Source: Aciduliprofundum boonei T469 (GTDB lineage: Archaea; Thermoplasmatota; Thermoplasmata; Thermoplasmatales; Aciduliprofundaceae). From it: a stretch of DNA of 32,000 bases. Below the pieces are notes generated by a model that saw nothing but the letters and a program-made list of their open reading frames with translations, did not search any database and was not told where the DNA came from. The DNA is taken from assembly GCF_000025665.1 (NCBI RefSeq), contig NC_013926.1, positions 810,001 to 842,000 of the forward strand. Direction: 5' to 3'. The position numbers were made by a program, and so were the translations under genes. Shown here piece by piece: positions 1 through 6,316 of the stretch (within the stretch, counting starts at the first letter, position 1; each line of letters begins with the position of its first letter).

Positions 1-2439
1 GATTTAAATTTTGAATTGTATGTTATCCAAGGAGATGGGAGAGCGGAGCTTATAAAAAAAGGAGATATAAGGGCTAAGAGTTTAAAAAGAAGAATACCTT
101 CCTATTCGGTTATATTTTCTAAAGAGAAAGAATTGCCCATAAAGACCTGTCCTATCTGTGGTAATGTCTTGCAGGAAGAGAATGTACCAATCTTAGTAGT
201 TAAAGGAAAAGGTGGCACATATGATCTCTCATCTCCAGAAGGCTCATACAAACTTCCTGTTCTCTATTGTCCAAATTGCGGGCATATAGAATATGGCACA
301 ATAATCAAAGAATGTCCAGTGTGTGGAAATATAATGGAAAGAAGATTCTCTCTTAAGCCAGAGTTATCCGCTCTGGGCGCTTATATCCATAGTTTTGATG
401 CACCTCCCTCTCTAATGTTCCTTCACCAGAAGAGATTTATTTTGAAGTATTTTATGGAAAATATTTTGAAGGTTTATGGTAAATATCTTTTTAAAAATAC
501 GAGATATCTTTCTCATAAAGTACCTGAAAGTATAGATGAAGTTAAGAGAGCTGCACTTTTGATAAAGAAAAGAGGCACTATAAATAAATCCGATATAAAA
601 AAGATCAGAAAGTTGAGAAATGTAGTTGATAATATTGTTAGATATGTAGAAATTTATGGAACCACTGATGATTACAAAGAAGAGGATGAATGGCTATTGT
701 GGAAGAATAACGAAGTTAAAAAAAGAATTAGAGAATTAGTAGAGAATGGTAAGATATCTTATGCTTTCCATGTTCTCTATGGGCATATCATTGGAGACAT
801 TTCGCATTTTTATATACCAATAAAAAGGAAAACTCCATTAGTTCTTGAACCAGTTAGAGATGCCATCTTGATGCTTTATCCGTTTATGCCTGCTTTTGTG
901 GAAGAGAATTTAGGAAGGATAAATGTTGAGAAATTTTCATTAAGCACTACTGAAGCTGAGGAGATAAGCACTATGGAAATCATAAGGGATTTCGTAAAGG
1001 TTGTCAGAAAGTATAGGGAGAAGAAAGGTATTCCGAGAAAAGAGCCACTAAAAAAAGTCGTTTTTGTAACTTCCTATGCTGATGAAGTAAATTCCCTAAA
1101 GAGTTCTATTTTGAATTTAGAGAATGTGCTTATATTTCAAGTTGTGGAGGATTGGGATGAGATGGAAATAGAGATAGAACCCAATATGGAAGAGATAAGT
1201 GCATCTTATCGTGCCTGGGCGCCTAAAATAGGTTTCTTGCTTCGTAGGAAAAATGTTAGGGAAGTTCTAGATGCCATGGAGAAGGGGGGATACACTCTTG
1301 GAATTGAAGGCTTCATAATTAAAATAACTCCAAAGATGATAAATTATATAAAGAAGGTTCCAGAGGGCTATGACCATATTGAATTTGAGTATGGAGATAT
1401 ATATATTCAAAACGAAAGAGATGCTACTACAAAGAGAATTAGGTTGGTTCGGGAGGTAATAAGGAGAATAAATATTATGAGAAAGGATATTGATATGGAT
1501 TTCGATGATTTAATTGATGTAAGTATTTCTGGAGATAGTGAAGCTATAAAGATGATAAGGGGCTACGATGATGAGATTAGAGAAAAATGTTTGGCTAGAA
1601 ACATTGAATTTAGCTATACGGAATACGGATACATTGTAGAGTGGCCTATAATGGGATACAGAATTACAATAGGTATAAATCCACTGTTTAAGCGTTGGGT
1701 TATAAAGGCGTTTAAGAGTATACCCGGTATAGATGATTACAGAGCAGAGCTTTTGTTTAAAATGGGGTATGGGAGTATATATGAATTGATGGAAGCTGAG
1801 CCAGAGCAGATAGCTGAGGCCACAGGTATGCCTCTGAAGCTTGTAAATGAGCTTATTGATTACCTCTACTCTACGGCTTTCAAACCTAAAAAAGAAAAAA
1901 ATAAGGAGTATTGCCCGTTCTGTGGTACCGAGCTCACACCTGATGATGATTTTTGTCCAAGATGCGGGGCACCTATAAGGGTTAAGATGGAAGAAAGAAA
2001 GATGAAGAAGGGTAATGTTTACTTATTTTTGGGAGAACTTGGGGATATGCTTGAAAGGATACCAGAGGAGCTTATGAAAGAGAAAAAGCTGCTAATAACA
2101 AAGGATAACCCTGATGAGGTAAAGAAGTTGTACAACCTTAAAAATACCGAAACCGTGTGGATCTCTTATGTGCCATTCGGAGATGCAATAAAGCCAAAAG
2201 ATTTGGAGAAATTAAAAGGTAGAGTTTTAAAATTCTTGGAGAAAGGAGGAAAGCTCATAATAGCAGATTGCTTTGATCTCTTGTTGGCCATAAATGGCCT
2301 TGACAAGCTTCTTCAGATGATTGGTGAGATGAAAGAAAAATTAAAGGAGAAAGAGGCATATTTGTTCTTCACCATTGAAGAATTAGAAGCCTTTGAAATG
2401 GGGGAGATAATGAAATATGTTGATGGAGAGGTCAAATAA
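1..2439 (+). CDS. Large multidomain protein, probably 5'-partial: Cys4 zinc ribbons + degenerate IleRS-like anticodon-binding/C-terminal region + helix-hairpin-helix + zinc ribbon + DUF835-like C-terminal domain
   Basis: The track ORF 16..2439 starts at TTG with no SD, and the frame stays open back to base 1, so the N-terminus probably lies upstream of the window. Zinc-ribbon motifs: CPICG/CPNCG/CPVCG. DEWLLW-(36 aa)-DISHFYIPIKRK-...-LYPFMPAFVEEN matches the spacing of DRWIL..NWYIR..APFxPFxxE in the class Ia IleRS anticodon-binding domain. KGIPRKEPLKKVVFV, IEPNMEEISASY..APKIG and LVREVIRRINIMRKDIDMDFDDLI resemble the archaeal/eukaryal IleRS C-terminal extension. The expected KMSKS position reads IMERR. 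IPGIDDYRAELLFKMGYGSIYEL is HhH-like; CPFCG..CPRCG is a zinc ribbon. LLITKDNPDEV..WISY..AIKPKDLEKL..IIADCFDLLLAINGLDKLL is DUF835-like. Confidence 0.55.
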   Translation, partial: DLNFELYVIQGDGRAELIKKGDIRAKSLKRRIPSYSVIFSKEKELPIKTCPICGNVLQEENVPILVVKGKGGTYDLSSPEGSYKLPVLYCPNCGHIEYGTIIKECPVCGNIMERRFSLKPELSALGAYIHSFDAPPSLMFLHQKRFILKYFMENILKVYGKYLFKNTRYLSHKVPESIDEVKRAALLIKKRGTINKSDIKKIRKLRNVVDNIVRYVEIYGTTDDYKEEDEWLLWKNNEVKKRIRELVENGKISYAFHVLYGHIIGDISHFYIPIKRKTPLVLEPVRDAILMLYPFMPAFVEENLGRINVEKFSLSTTEAEEISTMEIIRDFVKVVRKYREKKGIPRKEPLKKVVFVTSYADEVNSLKSSILNLENVLIFQVVEDWDEMEIEIEPNMEEISASYRAWAPKIGFLLRRKNVREVLDAMEKGGYTLGIEGFIIKITPKMINYIKKVPEGYDHIEFEYGDIYIQNERDATTKRIRLVREVIRRINIMRKDIDMDFDDLIDVSISGDSEAIKMIRGYDDEIREKCLARNIEFSYTEYGYIVEWPIMGYRITIGINPLFKRWVIKAFKSIPGIDDYRAELLFKMGYGSIYELMEAEPEQIAEATGMPLKLVNELIDYLYSTAFKPKKEKNKEYCPFCGTELTPDDDFCPRCGAPIRVKMEERKMKKGNVYLFLGELGDMLERIPEELMKEKKLLITKDNPDEVKKLYNLKNTETVWISYVPFGDAIKPKDLEKLKGRVLKFLEKGGKLIIADCFDLLLAINGLDKLLQMIGEMKEKLKEKEAYLFFTIEELEAFEMGEIMKYVDGEVK

Positions 2440-2802
2440 TTATTTAATTTCGATTTCATTGTTTCTGATGAGCACATAATCTCCATCTTTTATCTTGGAG
2501 ATATCAATTTTATCCACTGTGGGTATATTTGCTATTATTGCTCCTGCAGCTACAATAGTTTCTGCTCTTTCGAGAATGAATGCTTTGGGCAAATTGTGAT
2601 AATATTTTAGTCCGTAGATGGTGTAAGATCCCACAGTGCTTCCTGCACCCCACGGAAACACTACGATTTTATTTTTTATATCTCTCCCTAAAATCTGTCC
2701 TCTTTTTTCGTCAATATCACTCAAAATTACTAGGGGTTTATCAAATTTCACTACTTCTCCTTCTACAAATCCATTCACAATACTTCTACCTTTCAAAGTC
2801 AT
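2440..2802 (-). CDS. Aconitase-X swivel-domain protein (DUF126); likely phosphomevalonate dehydratase small subunit
   Basis: 120 aa. DUF126-like pattern VVFPWGAGSTVGSYTIYGL..PKAFI..AAGAIIANIPTV. A 4-nt overlap (2799-2802) with the upstream DUF521 gene indicates translational coupling. Confidence 0.75.
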   Translation of the reverse strand: MTLKGRSIVNGFVEGEVVKFDKPLVILSDIDEKRGQILGRDIKNKIVVFPWGAGSTVGSYTIYGLKYYHNLPKAFILERAETIVAAGAIIANIPTVDKIDISKIKDGDYVLIRNNEIEIK

Positions 2803-3959
2803 TCTACCACACTCCGGAGAAGGGTGTATAGGTCCTCTACTATCACTTCTGCTCCACCGAATTTATCCTTGCTCAAGTAGAATGCCGCTTTTCCTGATGT
2901 GGTTCCTATTTTGTGGAATATCTTACCTGCATTGCTAACTACAACGCATGTATCAACCATAACTTTTCCACCAAAATTTTCTATTATTTTGACTAAATCT
3001 TTGTGGTTTTCCCACACGCTTCTGGCAGCAAAGATCCAAAATTCCACGCCTTTCTTTTTTTCCTTTCCTTTCACAAACTCTGCAATTCTTCTCAACTCTA
3101 TAGGGGATACATGAGGACAGCCTATTGCCACTAACTCTACATCCACTATTTTTTTCATTTTTTCTATTTCATCTTTTTCTATGCTTATTCTCTCTACCTC
3201 GTCTTGAAGGGCATTTTTGTATTCTGGAGTAAAACTCTCAACATGGTACATTGCTATGCTTCCTGATGCAGCCATAGCTGCACCCATGAGCTTGAAATCA
3301 TCGTAATTTCCCTTAATTTTCAGGTATGGTATTCCCTGCACCTCTTTTCCGATGAGCAGCCCTAAGAGTGGGAAATCCTCACCCTCAGGTTCAAAATCTA
3401 ATTCCACAATATGCGTTGCTTTTCTCTCTTCATCCAAATGCAACCCGTAGTTTGGTGTCTTGCCTATTATTGCAGAGGCAAGGGCTGTTACAGCTCCTTC
3501 TCTGTTGGTTCTTGCCCCGATTATTGAATTTGCGTATATCACAGCAGAACTCTCTGCCCAAGCGATGTGCTCTCCAAATTTTGGAACATTATCGTAATAA
3601 TAAGGGGTGCAGGTGGCGGTTGTTTTAACACCCATAGTTTTGTAAGCCTTTATTATTTCCATCTGTTTTTTGAATAATTGGGTATCAACTTGAAGGGCAT
3701 CAAGGTATCTATCGTCAAATGCTAAAGGATTTAGAGTAGTTTTTACTGCAACTTTTACATCTTTTAAGGAGTTAAGAAAATGTAGGCCAGCATCTCCAAT
3801 TGTGTTGTAGGATACCCCCGATATTTGTGCAGAGGTTATGGGTATTAATTTATCCGCTCCGTATATTTCCCCGATTTTAACAAGAATGCTCATCATCTTT
3901 GCATAATTTTCTCCCTTTTCCCCACTTAAAATTCTCTCCTCATCTTTTGTTAGATGCAT
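2799..3959 (-). CDS. Aconitase-X catalytic-domain protein (DUF521); likely phosphomevalonate dehydratase large subunit
   Basis: 386 aa. DUF521-like with three conserved Cys contexts (TATCTPYYY, AIGCPHVSPIEL, VDTCVVV) that fit Fe-S ligands. Paired with the DUF126 gene, as in the archaeal AcnX type II enzymes. Confidence 0.75.
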   Translation of the reverse strand: MHLTKDEERILSGEKGENYAKMMSILVKIGEIYGADKLIPITSAQISGVSYNTIGDAGLHFLNSLKDVKVAVKTTLNPLAFDDRYLDALQVDTQLFKKQMEIIKAYKTMGVKTTATCTPYYYDNVPKFGEHIAWAESSAVIYANSIIGARTNREGAVTALASAIIGKTPNYGLHLDEERKATHIVELDFEPEGEDFPLLGLLIGKEVQGIPYLKIKGNYDDFKLMGAAMAASGSIAMYHVESFTPEYKNALQDEVERISIEKDEIEKMKKIVDVELVAIGCPHVSPIELRRIAEFVKGKEKKKGVEFWIFAARSVWENHKDLVKIIENFGGKVMVDTCVVVSNAGKIFHKIGTTSGKAAFYLSKDKFGGAEVIVEDLYTLLRSVVE

Positions 3960-3968
3960 GTTAGCACC

Positions 3969-5438
3969 TCAATGCCTGAACACCCTGAATCCGGTAAACA
4001 GCATTGCCATATTGTTTTCATCTATTGCCTCTATAACCTCTCTATCTCTCTTTGAACCTCCTGGCTGAATCACAGCCGTTATCCCAACCTTGGCTGCCTC
4101 ATCTATCGCGTCTCTAAATGGGAAGAACGCGTCAGAGGCCATCACAGCGCCTTTGGCTCTATCACCTGCTTTCATAGCTGCTATCTTTACAGAATCAACA
4201 CGGCTCATTTGACCTGCTCCTACACCTACCAAAGCTTCGTTCTTAGCAAAAACTATTGCGTTGCTTTTCACATACCTAACAACGCTCCAGGCGAATATTA
4301 AATCACGCATCTCTTCCTCGCTAGGCAATCTTTTAGATACACATTTTGCCTCTTCTAATCTTTTAGTGTCCCAGTCTTGAACTAATAATCCCCCGTCTAT
4401 CCTTCTCAAATTCCACCCCTCTTTTTTCCATTTTTTGACTTTTATTATCCTGATATTCTTTTTTTTCTCTAAAATCTCTAAGGCATCTTGAGTGAAATCA
4501 GGGGCAATTAGAACCTCGATAAACAATTTTTTCATCTCCTTTGCTGCCTCTTCGTCTATCCTTTTATTCGAAGCCACAATGCTGCCGTATGCGGATATTG
4601 GATCTCCCTCCAGAGCTTTCATATACGCCTCTTTGATATCTTTACCCAGAGCTGCACCGCACGGATTTGCATGCTTTATTATAGCCACAGCAGGTCTCTC
4701 AAATTCCATAACTATATTCCACGCAGCATCCATATCATATAGATTGTTGAATGATAATTTTTTCCCGTGCAACTGCTCCCATTCCACATTTCCATCCATA
4801 TAAAGCGCTCCTCTCTGATGCGGATTCTCCCCATACCTTAGCTCCATTTTTTTCTTTGAATAGTACAGGAAATGTTCAGGCATACCATCGTAAAACTTGT
4901 TCCAGAATGCATTATAAATCATAGTGTCATAAGAGGCAGTTAATGCAAAGGCCTCCAGTGCGTATCTCCTGCGAAGTTCCTCGTTTATCTCTCCCTTTTC
5001 CATTGCATCCATAACTTCTTTGTACTGAGAGGGTGAGGATATCACAAGCACTCTTTTGTAGTTCTTTGCGGCTGCACGGAGAAGGGCTACGCCCCCAATA
5101 TCAATATTCTCGATCATATCTTTTTCGTTTCCTATATTCTTCTCAAAGGGGTATAGGTTCACAACCACAACATCTATACCTTTTAGATTGTATTTTTCCA
5201 GATCCTCATTCTTCTCTGCTAAAATTGCTCCATGTATTGCAGGATGTAGTGTCTTTACCCTGCCATTTAAAATTTCAGGATATCCCGTTATCTCTTCTAC
5301 AGAAATTGCCTTTATTTCTCTTTCCTCCAAAAATTTCTTAGTGCCACCTGTTGCAACAATCTCGTATCCTTTCTTGGCTAAGAATTTTGCAAAATCTTCC
5401 AGTTCTTTTTTATCGGAAACGCTAATTAGTGCTCTCAT
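3969..5438 (-). CDS. purH: Bifunctional AICAR formyltransferase / IMP cyclohydrolase
   Basis: 489 aa. N-terminal MGS-like domain (SVSDKKELEDFAK..VATGGT..LNGRVKTLHPAIHGAILA) followed by an AICARFT domain (YGENPHQ, IIKHANPCG, VIQPGGSKRD). Confidence 0.9.
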   Translation of the reverse strand: MRALISVSDKKELEDFAKFLAKKGYEIVATGGTKKFLEEREIKAISVEEITGYPEILNGRVKTLHPAIHGAILAEKNEDLEKYNLKGIDVVVVNLYPFEKNIGNEKDMIENIDIGGVALLRAAAKNYKRVLVISSPSQYKEVMDAMEKGEINEELRRRYALEAFALTASYDTMIYNAFWNKFYDGMPEHFLYYSKKKMELRYGENPHQRGALYMDGNVEWEQLHGKKLSFNNLYDMDAAWNIVMEFERPAVAIIKHANPCGAALGKDIKEAYMKALEGDPISAYGSIVASNKRIDEEAAKEMKKLFIEVLIAPDFTQDALEILEKKKNIRIIKVKKWKKEGWNLRRIDGGLLVQDWDTKRLEEAKCVSKRLPSEEEMRDLIFAWSVVRYVKSNAIVFAKNEALVGVGAGQMSRVDSVKIAAMKAGDRAKGAVMASDAFFPFRDAIDEAAKVGITAVIQPGGSKRDREVIEAIDENNMAMLFTGFRVFRH

Positions 5439-5602
5439 AGTGTAAGCATGGGAAAATTGGTATTAACCTTTGCGTTTTTGCTAAATTAATATTTAACGGA
5501 AAATGGTAAATTTCTATTGGTTTATGTTTACTAGAACTCCGATAATCTCTTCATTCTCTATCTGTACTCTATAATCTTCAGATCAAATCCAAATTCTAAT
5601 AA

Positions 5603-5926
5603 TCAGGAAGATAAAATATAATTACAAAGATCATTTACTTTAAATGGCTTATAAAAAACTTTGAATTTTTTAGTACGAAGATCTTTATCCGCAGTGATGA
5701 TGACTATTATGCCTCCTTTTTTACTTGCCTCTTCAGCAAGCTCTATGCCCGATATATGTGGAAGATGGTAGTCAATTATATATGCATCATAATTCCCTCT
5801 CCTTATTTTTTCAAGTGCACCATATCCATCATAGCATATATCTACATCTCTGATTCCCTTGTACTCCAGAAATTTAACGAGCATATTCGCCATAGAAATA
5901 CTATCATCCACTACAAGAACCTTCAT
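5603..5926 (-). CDS. Stand-alone CheY-like response-regulator receiver domain
   Basis: 107 aa. Acidic pair DD (res 7-8), phospho-acceptor Asp in AYIIDYHLP, Thr in IITA, Lys in YKPF. No output domain and no histidine kinase in the window. A TATA-like block lies about 25 nt upstream of the ATG, so the mRNA is probably leaderless. Confidence 0.85.
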   Translation of the reverse strand: MKVLVVDDSISMANMLVKFLEYKGIRDVDICYDGYGALEKIRRGNYDAYIIDYHLPHISGIELAEEASKKGGIIVIITADKDLRTKKFKVFYKPFKVNDLCNYILSS

Positions 5927-5942
5927 TGAGCAATGATTGAGA

Positions 5943-5958
5943 TTTTTAATATTTAAAA
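5943..5958 (-). promoter_or_regulatory. Putative TATA box for the receiver gene
   Basis: A/T block tttttaatatttaaaa centred about 25 nt upstream of the ATG at 5926. No SD precedes the ATG. Confidence 0.3.
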
Positions 5959-6079
5959 CTTATTGGAGCATACTCATTTTTTATCATCAGAAATGCCTTA
6001 ATTTCAGCGTTTTCATTTTTGATTATGGAGATTTGAGAATTCTCTCATACAATTAAAATAGAATATCACCAAAAGATAA

Positions 6080-6316
6080 ATGGTGGTTAAGATGAATAAG
6101 AAAATAATTGTGGGGATAATACTCGTTGCAGGGATAGCACTTGGACTTATGGCTATGCATACTCCTATAAAACTGGTTAATGCAAGCACGCTGGAGGTAA
6201 GTGGTGGAAATAACGCTGCCGATGGGCCGCATCCCTCAGAGCCGGGTTCTTGGCAAATCATGCCGTCTATAAATACACTTGATGGCCCACATCCTTCAGA
6301 GCCGGGTAGTTGGTAA
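6080..6316 (+). CDS. Small exported or membrane-anchored protein with two copies of an 11-aa motif (DGPHPSEPGSW), the second at the exact C-terminus
   Basis: 78 aa (74 aa if the start is ATG 6092, which has GGTGG 6082-6086 upstream). A TATA-like aattaaaatag at 6051-6061 sits about 26 nt before ATG 6080, so a leaderless start is also possible. The N-terminus (KK + IIVGIILVAGIALGLMA) looks like a signal peptide or anchor. The two motif copies differ at 5 nt, all synonymous in this frame, which supports this strand and frame over the antisense ORF 6013..6261. Confidence 0.6.
   Translation: MVVKMNKKIIVGIILVAGIALGLMAMHTPIKLVNASTLEVSGGNNAADGPHPSEPGSWQIMPSINTLDGPHPSEPGSW
6221..6313 (+). repeat. Two 33-nt coding repeats (6221-6253 and 6281-6313) separated by 27 nt
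   Basis: Copy 1: gatgggccgcatccctcagagccgggttcttgg. Copy 2: gatggcccacatccttcagagccgggtagttgg. Both translate to an identical peptide; differences are ggg/ggc, ccg/cca, ccc/cct and tct/agt. Confidence 0.85.

Noticed and set aside
6013-6261. 82-aa minus-strand ORF antisense to the small repeat-peptide gene
   Set aside because: It has no SD or signal features. The synonymous-only divergence between the two 33-nt repeats holds only in the + frame, so the + ORF is the one under selection.
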